Assembly (NCBI RefSeq): GCF_009834535.1
Contig: NC_045697.1
Coordinates: 75,146,001-75,210,000 of the forward strand
Direction: 5' to 3'
Source: Camelus ferus
Taxonomy: Eukaryota
Length of the DNA stretch: 64,000 nt
Both the position numbers and the translations under genes were made by a program. The first letter of the stretch is position 1; each line of letters begins with the position of its first letter. The notes beneath the pieces are model-generated. The model did not search any database. It saw only the letters and a list, made by a program, of their open reading frames with translations, and was not told the origin of the DNA. Shown here piece by piece: positions 13,010 to 25,990 of this stretch.

Positions 13010-16000
13010 ATTTTATTTTTACTTTTAAATTAAAAATGTTTTATTGAAGTATACTTGATTTACAATATTAGTTTTGGATGTACAATGTAGTGTTTCAGAT
13101 TTTTTATAGATTATATCACATTTAAAGTTATTATAAAATATTGTCTATATTCACTGTCTGTAAAATATATTCTTGTAACATTTATTTTATGCATACTTTG
13201 TACCTCTTAGTCCCCTACACCTATCTTGCCCCTCCCCTCTTCCCTATCCCTACTGGTAACCACTAGTTTGCCCTCTCTCTATGTCTGCGAGTCCATTTCT
13301 GTATTGTTACGTTCATCCATTTGTTTTTATTTTTTATATTCCACGTATAAATAACATACAATATTCATCCTTCTGTGTCTGACTTATTTCGCTAGCATAA
13401 TACCCTTGAAGTCCATCCATGTCGTTGCAAATGGTAAAATTTCTTTCTTTTGTATGACTGAGTAGTATTCCATTATATGTTTATATAACATCTTCTTTAT
13501 CTATTCATCTGCTGATGAATACTTGGGTTGCTTCTATATTTTGACTATTACGAATAATGCTGCTATGAACATTGTGGTGCATGTATCTTTTTGAATTAGT
13601 CTTTTTGTATTCTTCGTGTATATACCCAGGAGTGGAATTGCTGGATCACCTGGTAGTTCTGTTTTTAGTTTTCTGGATAACATCCATACCATTTTCCATA
13701 GTGGCTGCATCAACTTATATTCCTACCAACAGTGTACCCTTTTTTTTCTCCACATCCTTATCAACATATGTTACTGTGGTCTTTTTGATGATAGCAATTC
13801 TGACAGGTGTGAGGTGATATCTCATTATGGTTTTCATTTGTACTTCTCTGATGACTAGCAATGTTGAGCATCTTTTCATGTACCTGTTGGCCATCTGTAT
13901 ATCTTTTGTGGGAAAATGTCTATTCAGGTCTTCTGCATAATTTTTAATCAGGTTGTTTACTTTTTGGATGTTGAACTGTTTCTGTATTTTGGATTTTAAC
14001 CCCTTATTGGCCATATCATTTGCAAATATTTTCTTCCATTCAGTAGGCTATTTTTTGTTTTGTCAATGGTTTCCTTTGCTGTGCAAAAGATTTTAAATTA
14101 ATTAATTTCCATTTGTTTTTTATTATAATTTTTATTGAATTATAGTTGCTGTACAATAATATAAGTATACAGGTGTACAATATAGTGATCCACAATTTTT
14201 AAATGTTATACTCCATTTATAGTTAGTATAAAATGTTGACTAGATTCCCTGTGTTAGACAATATATCCTTGTAGCCTGTTTTTTTGTATGTATATTTTTT
14301 ATTGACATATAGTCAGTTTACAGTGTTGTGTCAGTTTCTGGTATACAGTACAATGCCTCAGTCATACATGAACATACATATACTTGTTTTCATATTCTTT
14401 TTCATCGCAAGTTACTACAAGATATTGAACATAGTTCCCTGTGCTATACAGTATAAACCTGTTATATGTATATTAGTTATTATCTGCAAATATCAAATTC
14501 CCAATTTATCCCTTCCCACCCCCTTCCTCCACTGGCAACCATAAATTTGTTTTCCATGTCTGTGAGTCTGTTTCTGTTTTGTATTTATGTTCATTTGTCT
14601 TTTTTTGTTAGATTACACATATAAGTGATATCATACGATATTTTTCTTTCTCTTTCTGGCTTACTTCACTTAGAATAACAGTCTCCAGGTCCATCCATGT
14701 TGCTGCAAATGGCGTTATTTTATTCTTTTTTATGGCTGAGTAGTGTTCCATTGTATAAATATACCACAACTTCTTTATCTAGTAATTTGTCAGTGGACTT
14801 TTAGGTTGTTTCCATGACTTGGCTATTGTAAATAGTGCTGCTGTGAACATTGGGGTGCATGTATCTTTTTGAATTAAAGTTTCTGCTGGATGTATGCCCA
14901 GGAGTGGGATTGCAGGATCATATGGTAAGTCTATTATTTAGTCTTTTGAAGAATCTCCATACTGTTTTCAGTAACAGTGCACCAAGCTACATTCCCACTA
15001 ACAGTGTAAGAGGGTTCCCTTTTCTCCACAGCCTCTCCAGCATTTGTCGTTTGTGGACTTTTGCTTTTGTTTCCTTTGAATTAGGTGACAGATCCAAAAG
15101 AATATTGCTACATTGATATTTTATGATGTAGATTTATGTCAAAGTGTTCTGCATATGTTTTTTTCTAGGAGTTTTATGATTTCTGGTCTTACAGTTAGGT
15201 TGTTAATCCATTTTGAGTTTATTTTTTATATAGTATGAGAAAATGTTCTAATTTTGTTGTTTTACATGTAGCTGTCCAGTTTTCCCAACACCATTTGTTG
15301 AGGATACTGTCTTTTCCCCCATTGTATATTCTTGCCTCCTTTGTCATGGATTAATTGACCATAAGTATGTGGGTTTATTTATGGACTATTTATTCAGTTC
15401 TCTTTTTGTGTTGTTTTGTGTCTCTTTTTGTGTTGTTTGTTTCTCTTTTTGTGTTGTTTGGATAACTGTAGTTTTATACTAGAGTCTGAATTCAGGGAAC
15501 ATGATACCTCCAGCTCTGTTCTTTCTCAAGATTGTTGTGGCTATTCAGGGTCTTTTGTATTTCCATAAATATTTTTAAATTATTTGTGCTATTTCAGTTA
15601 AAAATGCCATTGGTATTTTGATAAGGATTGCATTGCATTAGTGGATTGCCTTGGGAATATGGTCTTTTTAACAACATTAATTTTTCCAACCCATGAACAC
15701 AATATATCTTTCTATCTTTGTGTGTCTTCTTTGATTTCTTTCATCAGTGTCTTATAGTTTTCCAAATACAGGTCTTATACCTTATACCTTAGATGGATTT
15801 ATTCCTAGATTTGGATTCCTTTTATTTATTTTTCTTTTCTGATTGCTGTAGCTAGGACTCCCAAAACTATGTTGAGTAAAACTGGTGAGAGTGGGTATCC
15901 TTGTCTTCTTCCTGATCTTAGACTAAATACTTTCAGCTTTTCACCACTGAGTATGATATTAGCTCTGGACTTTTCATATATGGATTTTATTATGTTGAGG

Positions 16001-16970
16001 TATGTTCCCACTTTGTGGAGCATTTTTATCATAAATTGTTGTTGAATTTTATCAAAAGGTTTTTCTGCATCTATTGAGTTGATCATATGATTTTTGTTCT
16101 TCAGTTTGTTAATGTAGTGTATCACATTGATTGATTTGCAGATATTGAACTATCTTTGCATCCTTGGAATAAATCCCAGTTGATCATGCTATATGATCCT
16201 TTTCATGTATTGTTGCATTCAGTTTGCTAATATGTTGTTGAGGATTTTTGCATCTGTGTTCATCAGTGATACTGGCCTGTAATTTCCTTTTTTGTGATAT
16301 CTTTGTCTGGTTTTGGTATCAGAGTGATATACTGGCCTTACAGAATGAGTTTGGAAACATTCCTTCATGTGCATTTTTTGGAAAAGTTTAAGAGGTATTG
16401 ATGTTAACTCTTTGAATATTTGGTAGAATTCACCTGTGCAGCCATCTGGTCTTAGATTTTTGTTTGTTGGGAGTTTTTTGTTTGTTTGTTTGTTTGTTTT
16501 ATACTTACTCAATTTCATTACTGGTAATTGATCTGTTCTATTTTCTGTTTCTTCCTGGTTCAGTCTTGGGAGATTATACATTTCTAAGAATTTGTCCATT
16601 TCTTTTAGGTTGCACATTTTATTGGCATATAGTTTTTGTTGTAATCTCATAATCATTTGTATTTCTGTGGTGTTGTTTTTCACTTCTCATTTCTCATTTC
16701 TGATTGTGGTGGGCTGACTACTGTGGGCGTGTCTGGCCACTAGTCCAGTTGGTTGCCAGCCCTGCTTTGTGCAGAGGCTACTGGCCACTGGCAATGCTGG
16801 ATCACAGTTTGGCTTGCTGTGGAATCCTGGTGGGTTCTGGGGCTAAAATTGGCTCACTGGTGTGCAGAGCTCTGTTTAGTGTGGGTAGTTGCAGGGCCAG
16901 TGTTCCAAAATCTAGTGTCGGTCTGCTGGTGGCTGGGGCCAGTTCCTGACACAGCTGGCTGTGGGTTCTA
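13010..16970 (-). mobile_element. Large LINE-1 (3'UTR plus ORF2 remnants) with nested L1 insertions and internal deletions
   Basis: Minus-strand ORFs with ORF2 motifs: [11 protein letters not shown] (13715-14014), [12 protein letters not shown]...[15 protein letters not shown] (RT, 15826-16125), EMDKFLEMYNLPRLNQEE (16219-16683). Confidence 0.92.
14290..15060 (-). mobile_element. Younger 5'-truncated L1 nested inside the host L1
   Basis: A second 3' end (ttttattgacatatagtcagtttaca) closely resembles 43130-43935; the host ORF2 resumes at ~15061. Confidence 0.85.
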
Positions 16971-17447
16971 GGGTTATGTATTAACTGTATTTCAATTGAG
17001 GCATCAGAAGTGCTACATCTTGGAAGTTCTCAAACCTAGGAGTTAGAATCATGGTATGGAACTAAGAGCTATGTCTTAGGGGTAGAGGCATAGCTAGATA
17101 CATTATAATAAAATTTAAGGAAAGGAGAACATTCTAAAAACTTTCCAAGAATAAAAGTAGATGACTCAAAAGGAAGCAGAAATTAAGTTTCTTTGTCAAT
17201 AGTGACTAGGTGCATTCTAAACAAATTAAGTGAAAAATCAAATGTTCCAAGTATTAAAGGAAAAGAATATCAAATCTAAATTTTTATAGTTTAGATGTTA
17301 TCCTTTACATAAGAGGTCAATATTAAAATGTTCCCAGGAATGAATGTTACCATTTGAAAATCTTTGGTGAGGACACTCTCCTCTAAGAAAAGAAAAACCC
17401 AGGAGGTCACATGACATACATGAGACGTTGTGGTGAGCATTAACTAC

Positions 17448-17448
<1 letters not shown>

Positions 17449-17489
<41 letters not shown>
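17449..17489. repeat. (CA)n microsatellite, ~20 units
   Basis: Direct reading. Confidence 0.97.
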
Positions 17490-17491
<2 letters not shown>

Positions 17492-18149
17492 TACTCTAAA
17501 AAAGAGCAAGAAAAAACAGAGGGAAGAAGGATAATACAAATAGCACAGAATATTTTTTAAAAAGGAAAAAAAAGACAATACCTACATGGCTGGTAGGGGA
17601 AAGTTCATAAAAAGAAAAATAGGAGCTAATTTGTTTAAGTGGAAGATACAGATCATGAACAGAATAAACAACTGATAAGGGGAAAAAAAACTTACTAAGT
17701 TAGGAGTATCTAATGCAAAATAAAAAATACATTACTTTTAAACTAGCAGAAAGTAAAAATTACAGTCTATACAATGGAAACAGAAAGCCAGGGGAAAAAA
17801 AATAAAAAAATAAACTGGTAAATTAACATATAATGCTACAGATAAATTTTAGTATAACAAATACTACAAGAAATCTAAATGAAACATACTCACCAATTGG
17901 AAAAAAAAAAGCAGAGATTATCTGATATAATCAAGGAAGAAAAGTCCAGCAATATATTGTCAGTAGGAGGACATATTTAAATTAATGGAAAATGCAAATC
18001 AAGCAAAAGGAAAAATATATCCTGAATACAAGGAAATATGTGGTAGCTAATCATACAATCAAACAAAATGGAATTTGAAACGAAAACTATTTCTAAAAGA
18101 AAAGAGATTTAAGATGGTAAAATGAGTATAATGCTAACAATACTAACAT

Positions 18150-18390
18150 TAACAAACACATATAAAGTGATTATTATATACTATGTGCTGTTCTGATACA
18201 TATTATAACACATTTAAACATCATAACAACCCAAAGATACAGCAACCACTTACTTTCCACATTTAATAGATGAGAAAAGTGAGGCACCATGTGGTTCAGC
18301 AACTTGCCCACAGCTAGAAAGTGCCAAAACCAGAATTAAAATTCTGGCACTATGGTTTCAGGTTCCATGCTATCATCTCCTAAGTATACT
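18150..18390 (-). mobile_element. MIR SINE
   Basis: catttaatagatgagaaaagtgaggcac...caacttgcccacagctagaaagtg. Confidence 0.7.
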
Positions 18391-18469
18391 AGTCATGAAC
18401 ACATATTCAAACAAACATGTAGATAATGTCTGTATCTAAGGAATAGATACATGGAGAACTTTACTTTCA

Positions 18470-19395
18470 GCAATCTTTCATCCAATCTAAAAAACATCTC
18501 CTACATTTATAAACCCAGCCCACACATTTCTTCTGACTTGAATATTTAGCTTATTAGTCCACTCTCAAAGTCATCTTGTTGAAATTTGTCATTCCTCCAA
18601 ACCTGCTTTACTCACAACCTGGGAATAACCTACATTCCTTTCTTCTCTCACACCTCACATCTGATGTATCAGGAAACCTGTTTGCACCATCTTAAAAATA
18701 TGCTCACAGTCCAGTCATACTTCGCTATCGCCACTGCAATAGCCATGATGTGATTCATCATCGCTATTATCTTGATTATTGCTATCATCTCCTAACTCTT
18801 CTCCTTCCTTCCATCCTTGATCCCACAGTTGATACCTCACTCAATAGCCAGTGTTTAAAATGTGAGAATCATACCACTCCTCTGTTCAAAAACTTCTGAT
18901 GACTCCTATCTCTGAATTTAAAGCCAGAGTTTTTACAATAGTCTACAAGACTCTCTATCATTTGGCCTCCAATACCACACATTCCTTGAAGAGTCCGTCC
19001 ACTACAGGACACCTCATGTGCTGGCCCTTCTCCCTGAAATGATATTCTTCCAGATATCTTAGTGATTAATTCGCTCACCTCCTTTTGCTTTCTATTCAAA
19101 TGCCACCTTTCAAAAAAGCCCAACCTTGATCATTTTGTTTAAAACTGAAATCCTACCCCATTTGGCATTGCCAATATGCCTTACCCAATTCTACATTTTT
19201 TCCTTCCCACAGCATTTGTCTCTTTCTAACTTTCTATTTCTCTATTAGCTATTATTAATTATCTTTTTCCCTCTGGTAGAATATAAGCTCCATGAGGAAA
19301 GACATGTTGTCTGTTTTATTCACTAACTTTTCCCAAGTGCTTAGAAGAGTGCCAGAAACAGAGTATTTATTAAATACTGTTGCATGACTAAACAA
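18470..19395 (+). mobile_element. L2 LINE 3' region
   Basis: Pyrimidine-rich L2 motifs ending agaatataagctccatgagg...ttattcact...taaatactgttgcatga. Confidence 0.75.
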
Positions 19396-20808
19396 GAAGT
19401 ACTCAAAAACTGAATTGTGTCAAGGCCATATGGAAGCTTCAATATATTTTTAAAGAATGAATATTATACTGATTTTGTTCTCTGATCACAGAGCAATAAA
19501 ATTAGAAATTAATAATTAAAAGGAACTTTTTAAAAATCCCTAATGTCTAGAAAAAGCTAAATAATGTACTTTGAAAAAACCCTTGAGTTAAAGAGCAAAT
19601 CTTTAGGGAAATTATAAAATGGTAAGAGCTGAACAAAAATGAAAACACTGCAGTTAAAATTTATCGTACATAGCTAAAGCAGAATTTGGAAAGAAAGTTA
19701 CAGCCTTGTACAGATAGTCATAAAGTGGGAAATACTGAAACCAGGCTAATTCCATCTTAAAAAGAGCAACAGAACAAAGCCAATGAAACAAGAGGCATAC
19801 AGCAAACATCAAAGCAAAATTAATTTAAATAAATAATGAGAGAAGAAGAAGAAGATCAAAGCAAAAGACTGATTTAAAAAAATCAAAACTTTGACAAGAT
19901 TTATTAAGGTACGAAAAGGAAGATGCAAAGCAAAAATATACAAGGAAAGGGAAAAGTAATCTCAGGACACAGAGTTTAAAAAGCAAGATAAGAATGCATT
20001 GAATAATATAACTATGCTAATAAATTTGATAATATAGACCCATTGTTTTCAACCAGAGGCAATCCCTAGCTGGCATTTGGAAATCTGTGAGGAAATCACA
20101 ATGGTTGGGAATGCAGTTGGTATATTTAATGTCCAGAGCTCAGTATAGAAAACTTGAATAATTGAAAGAAATTGAAATGATAAGTGAAATATATACCATT
20201 TTCCTCCTACCCCTGCTCTCCCACCAAAAGTGCAGGTCTAGGTCTATATTGCTTTATTTCTGAATTTTGCTAAACTTTCAATAAACAGAAATACCTACCA
20301 TATGTATTTGGTTTCAAGAAGTAGAAAAAGAGAAGTTCACTAATAAATTTTATGAGGCTGCCACAACACTTCTGTAATAGCAGCTAAGAACAGTCTAAGA
20401 AGAGTACGTGATAGACCATTTTTATTTTAAATCTAGAAGTAAATATGTTAAGTACATTTTATCTAAGTCCAGAATACACTGGGAAACTAAGGATGGTTCA
20501 CCATCTTAAACTATTATTTTTTAAACCATCTTCTTTTTTTACCACATAATTATTTGAGTTTTACAACAATGCAGATAAAGCATTTCATAAAATTAATTAC
20601 CTATATATGATTTTTTTAAGTCTCAGAAAACAAAGACTAGGTTAAACTGTCTTAACAATATAAATCTGATACCTTAAACCTACAGAAAGAAAGCATCCTT
20701 CTTAATGGAAGAAATTTAGATGAATTTAGATGCATATGATCAGTAATAGGATATGGATGTCCATCATCACGGTTACTTTTTAGCATAATAGTGCAGATCC
20801 TTACCAGC

Positions 20809-21123
20809 TGCTAGAATCTGAAAAGTTGTGTCCCAAATCCCACCCCCAAATTCGTATGTTAAAGTCCAAATGCCCAATGTGATGGTCTTAGTAGGTTAGG
20901 CCTTTGGGAGGCCATCCTCTTTATAAAAGACAGTATCGCTCTTAACTTGTGTTATGTGAGGATATAATGAGGGTCTGTGACGCAGAAGAGGGCTCTGACC
21001 TGACTGTGCTGGCACCTTGATCTCAGACTTCCTGCCTCCAGAACTCTAAGCAACAAATGTCTGCTGTTTATAAGCCGCTTAGTCTGTGGTATTTTGTTAT
21101 GGCAGTCCATGTGAACTAAGACA
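20809..21123 (+). mobile_element. MaLR LTR (MLT1A/B-like)
   Basis: ccccaaattcgtatgttaaag...gctggcaccttgatctcagacttcctgcctccagaact...aactaagaca. Confidence 0.85.
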
Positions 21124-21369
21124 CTAACATTTGAGAAATAAGCAGAAAGAGTGTAAAGATAGGAAAGAAAAAAAATCTATTATGTACATAATTCAACAAT
21201 AAACAACTTTTAAATAATAATAGGATTCACTTGAGAGAAAATTAAACTTAGGAAATCAGTGGTATCTTTATCAGCATCAGACAACTAGAAAATAAGTAAA
21301 ACATAGTGGGATTCCACCTATAAGAGAAATAAATTATAAAATATGTAACTTTTGTTAAAAAAAATTAAT

Positions 21370-21995
21370 AATAAAAAGCCAATTTAGCTCCTCCCATCTC
21401 TGATACCACCATACTGTTCTCTGTATTTATGAGTTTTTAATATCTTTTTTAGGATTCCACATATAAGTGAGATCATACGGTATTTGACTTTCTAACTTAT
21501 CTCACCTAGCATAATGCCCTCAGATTTCATCTATGTTGTTACAAATGGCAAGATTTCATTCTTATTTTTTTCCTAGTTTTATTGAGATATAATTCACATA
21601 CATCACTGTGTATGCTTTAGGTGTACAGCATAATGGTTTGACTTACATATATTGTAGACTTACATATATTGTAAAGCAGTTACCATAATAAGTTTAATTA
21701 GCATCCACCATCTCGTGTAGATACAGTAAAAAAGCCAAAAAAAAAGTTTTCCTTATGATGAAAACTCTGAGGATTTACTATCTTAACAACTTTCATATAC
21801 ATCATACAGCAGCGTTAACCATAGTCATCAATTGTACATTGTGTCCCTGATACTTATTTATCTTGTAACTAGAAGTTTATACCTTTTGACCATTTCTTCC
21901 TTCTCCCATCCCCCATCTCTGGTAACCACAAAAAACCTCAATCTTTTTATGGCTGAATAATATTCCATTATGTGTATATATATGTGTGTGTGTAT

Positions 21996-22039
<44 letters not shown>

Positions 22040-22152
22040 GTGTACCCCACATTTTCTTTATCCATTCATCCATCGATGGGCACTTAGGTTGCTTCCATCT
22101 CTTGGCTATTATAGATAATGCTGCATTCAACATGGAGGTGCAGATATCTATT
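21370..22152 (-). mobile_element. L1 3' end with a nested second L1 3' fragment (~21560-21935) and a TG/TA microsatellite
   Basis: [29 protein letters not shown]; the host sequence ttcattc|tttttatggctgaata is split by a second T-rich 3' end. Confidence 0.8.
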
Positions 22153-22869
22153 TGTATAAATCCTATTTCACAGTATAACCAATTAAAACTCTAACAAACT
22201 TTTAGGTGGAAAGAATTTACATGGAAGATATTAATAGCAAAGAGAAGGGATGTATTACCAGATATTAAAACATATTATAAATCTATAGTAATAGTTTCCG
22301 GCTCTTCTCCCCAGGATATAGACAGATGGGGATAGCATCACTCTCACTCTGACAAAAAAATCCCAGAGCATCTACGAAGTTGTTATTGTTCTTCAGTTTC
22401 TCAGTGAGCTGAGATTACAGAGGAACCTATTTGCCCCTAATCTACAAGAAAGATAGATGCCCCCAACTCATGTTTGTGCATGAGAGAAAGACAGCACTGC
22501 CTTACAATTGAGTGGGAAGAATCTGCAATTTACAAATTGCTGAAGGCTGTGTGTGGGCAAGTTTATGAAATTATAAAGTCCTTGGGCAAGTATGAAAGGC
22601 GAGTATGAAGCTGCAGATACAAGGGGAGTCTGCATTAATTTGTAAGCTTGTCTCCACAGAGGTCTCAAGTGGGCATCCACACGAAGATAGCCAGTCAGGA
22701 AAGCTAGAGAGCTCCTGTCAGTGGTGCAGGCTTGAATGCGGTCAGGCTGCTGCTGTGGGAAATGCTCTAAATCCTCCAGGATCCTTTTCATCCAGAGAGC
22801 CAAAGACACAATATCGCCAAACACTAATTCTTCCCAATTTGATACGTATATTCACTGGAATACCCCCCA

Positions 22870-24330
22870 AAATCCCAAAATTTTTGAGACAGAAAGATTT
22901 ATTCTAAAATATACATAGAAAAGCAAAGGAACTAGAATATCCAAATACAACTTGAAAAAGAAAAACAAAGAGAACACACTATCTGATTTCAAGATTCACT
23001 TTAAAATTTTGGTAATCGGGGCAGAGTGATATTGGCAGAAGGAGGGAATATGCATTACAGCAGAACAGAAAGAGAATGTGGAAATAGACTCACCCACATA
23101 GTCAGTTGTTATACAAAGGGTATTTAATGGAGCAAGGACAGTCTTTTCAACAAATGGCACTGGAACAACTGGATATTTGTATACATAAAAGTAAGCCTGA
23201 CCTCACAACCTATACCAAAATGAAGTCAAAATAGACTGTGGCCCTTGTAAAACCCTAAGCTATAAAACTTCGAGAAGGTAACATATGAGAAAAAATCTTT
23301 GTGATTTTGAGATAGGCAAATATTTTTTACATACCTCTCCAAAAGCACTATCTATAAAAGACAAAATTGATACATTGTATTCACTTAAAATTAAAACTTT
23401 CTCCCCTTCTAGAACAGTTAATGAAGTAAATGTCAAAGCAACAGACTGGAAGAAAAGTATTTGTGAAACACCTGTATTCAGGCTATATTTTAAAAAAAAA
23501 TTCTTAAAATGCAGGAATAAGTAAACAGAAAACCCAGTTAAAAAGTAGAGGCAAACAGCTTTAACAGACACTTTACAAAATAAGATATAAAAATGGCAAG
23601 AAAACATGAGAAAACCCTTAATATCATTAGTCATAACCAAAAAGTAAATTGAAATGACAGATACCAGTACACACCTATTGAAATGACCGAAAAAAAAAAT
23701 TGAAAAAAAAAAGTAAATGACAGTATTAGTTGCTGGAAAGGGTGCATCGCACCTGGAAATCTCACATATTGCTGGTGAGAATGCTGATAGTGTGATTGCC
23801 ACTTTGGAAAACAATTCAGCAGTTTCTTATAAACCTAAACATATAACCCAGAAATCGTGTTCATACAAAAACCTGTCTGTGAATATTTATTGTAGCTTTA
23901 TTCATAATCACCAAAAATGGAAAATAGCATAAATACTCTTTAACTGATAAATGGTATATTCAAAGGGTAGCTTACTACTCAGCAATAACAAAGAATAAGC
24001 TACTGATACATGTAACATGGATGGTCTCAAATGAATCATGCTAAGTGAAGGAAGCCATTCTCAAAAGGCTACATGCTACATGATTCCATTTGTATAAAAT
24101 TCTGGAAAAGGCAAATCTAGAGGGACAAAAAACAGTTCAGAGGTTGCCAGAGCCTAGGCTGGGAATATATGTTGACTACAAAGGAGAATGAGGGTATTTG
24201 TGGAGGAGGTGACAAATTCTTCTCAGTAGCTTGGTATGGTGGTAGTAGTTACATTGACTTAATGTGTTTGTCAAAAATCATCGAACTCTACCTCAGAAGA
24301 TGAATTTCACTGTTTGTAAAAGATATCCTA
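22870..24330 (+). mobile_element. Old L1M late ORF2/3'UTR remnant
   Basis: gacagtcttttcaacaaatggcactggaacaactggata, ccactttggaaaacaattcagcagtttctta, tgctaagtgaaggaagcca. Confidence 0.8.
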
Positions 24331-24450
24331 ACACACATTGACAATATTACAATATAGTAAAGCCATAGTAATGAAAATATTTTGAAACTAACATGAACAC
24401 AAAAGTAGACCAAGAGAACACCATTGAGAGTTTAGAAAGAGATATGTGTT

Positions 24451-24452
<2 letters not shown>

Positions 24453-24494
<42 letters not shown>
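24453..24494. repeat. (CA)n microsatellite, ~20 units
   Basis: Direct reading. Confidence 0.97.
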
Positions 24495-24498
<4 letters not shown>

Positions 24499-25171
24499 AA
24501 CTTAGTTGATAACTTGTCACTACCAAATGCTTGGGAAAACTGTTCACCATATGGAGAAAAATACAGCTCAATCCCTAATATACCATATATAAAAGTGGAT
24601 TTCATTTGGTTTATAACCTTAATGTGAAAGGTAATACCATAGGCTAATGGAATAAAATATTAAAGTGTATCTTTGTGATCCAAGGTTAGGGGAGTCTTCC
24701 TGAATAAGACCTCAAAAGAGAAACCCTAAGGTGAAAACTGATCAAATAAAATTATTTTGGGATGGCATATGGGAAATCCAAATGGCTAACAAGTTTATTG
24801 AGAGAAATGATACAACTCATTAACAATGAGCAAAATGGATATTAATAAACACATTTAAAAGTATATAAAATGTAGTGAAATTAAGTATTGGTGTACCTTC
24901 AGACCACGGAATCACACATGTGACTATATATTTCACTGCTCTGGATGGGAGGAAAATTTGATTGGTTCACTGCAGTAGGGTTGGCCATAGTGGGGAGTCA
25001 GAGGTCATTATACCTCTGCAGTTCATTAATATATAAGCATGTGGTGGAGGAAATACTCTAAAAGATGATTAACCAGTGAGGAGCAATAAGCTAGAGGTTT
25101 ATTCACCTTTAAATGGAAATAATAATAATACACATACAGTAGAGTTACTGAGAAAATAAATAAGTTAATAT

Positions 25172-25533
25172 AGCATCTTAGTCCCTTTGTGCTGCTATAA
25201 CCGTAGACTGGAGAGCTTATAAACAACAGAAATTTATTCCCCACAGTTCATGAGGCTAGAAGTGTGAAACCAGGTTGCTAGCATGGTCAGTTTCTGGTGA
25301 GGGCCTTCTGACTGATTACTGCTTCTCCTTGTGTCCTCACATGGCTGAGAGCAGAGAGAGGAAGCCAGTGCCCTTGTGACTCTTAGAAGGGCTCTGATCC
25401 CATTTATGGGGGCTCCACCCTCCTGACCTCATCTAATCCTAATTACCTCTCAAAGGCCCGTAATACCATCCAATTGAGGCGTAGGTCTTCAACATATGAA
25501 TTTTGGAGGAACATAAATATTCAGCCCATAACA
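25172..25533 (-). mobile_element. MaLR LTR (MLT1-type)
   Basis: cttataaacaacagaaatttatt...ctggtgagggcc...ctaatcctaattacctctcaaaggccc...caacatatgaattttgg. Confidence 0.85.
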
Positions 25534-25971
25534 TACAGTGTATATAAAAACTTTGACAGTACCTGACAAAATTATAAATACCCAATATTAGTTACCACTG
25601 TTTTTATTGTTGCATACAATAATATGACAAGATGATTTTTAATAGTATTAAGTGAAAAAAGTAAGAAACAGAGTTTAAAAGGTTAAAAGAGAGAGAGCTG
25701 CATAATTCTCACCACTGTTAAATCAGCTGATTCTGTAATTTGAGACAAAGCATTTCAGAAGCTGATTCCCCCCCCCCCCCCTTTTGGCTCTTTCTACCAA
25801 CGTCTCAGTAAGCCTTAGGGATCTGAAATGGCTTATCTCCCGTTAGTAACAAACCTTGGGGATATTTATAATAAATTCTAACTGTATTGTGCTTTGTGTG
25901 TTGGCTGCCCAACACTTTCCTTCCCACGGATTCTCCCCTTCCCCGGTCAGAGCTGAGCTGGAAGTATGCAC

Positions 25972-25990
25972 CATTGCCCTCTGCTGGATG
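25972..25990 (-). promoter_or_regulatory. Candidate CTCF motif
   Basis: Minus strand reads CATCCAGCAGAGGGCAATG, matching the CCAGCAGAGGGC core, in non-repeat sequence. Confidence 0.5.

Larger units (their letters stand above)
17500..21350 (+). mobile_element. Ancient, fragmented L1 ORF2 remnant interrupted by MIR, L2 and MaLR elements
   Basis: A-rich with residual ORF2 motifs (tctctgatcacagagcaataaaattagaaatt, ttttatgaggctgcca, atgcagataaagcattt). Confidence 0.6.

Noticed and set aside
15398..15460. Three imperfect ~21-23 bp copies of tctctttttgtgttgttt (similar small duplications at ~9089-9114, 20712-20731 and 21640-21673)
   Set aside because: Ordinary slippage duplications inside decayed repeats.
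23260..23814. 184-aa hydrophobic ORF resembling a membrane protein
   Set aside because: It is the antisense reading of an A-rich L1 remnant; the Phe/Leu richness is compositional.
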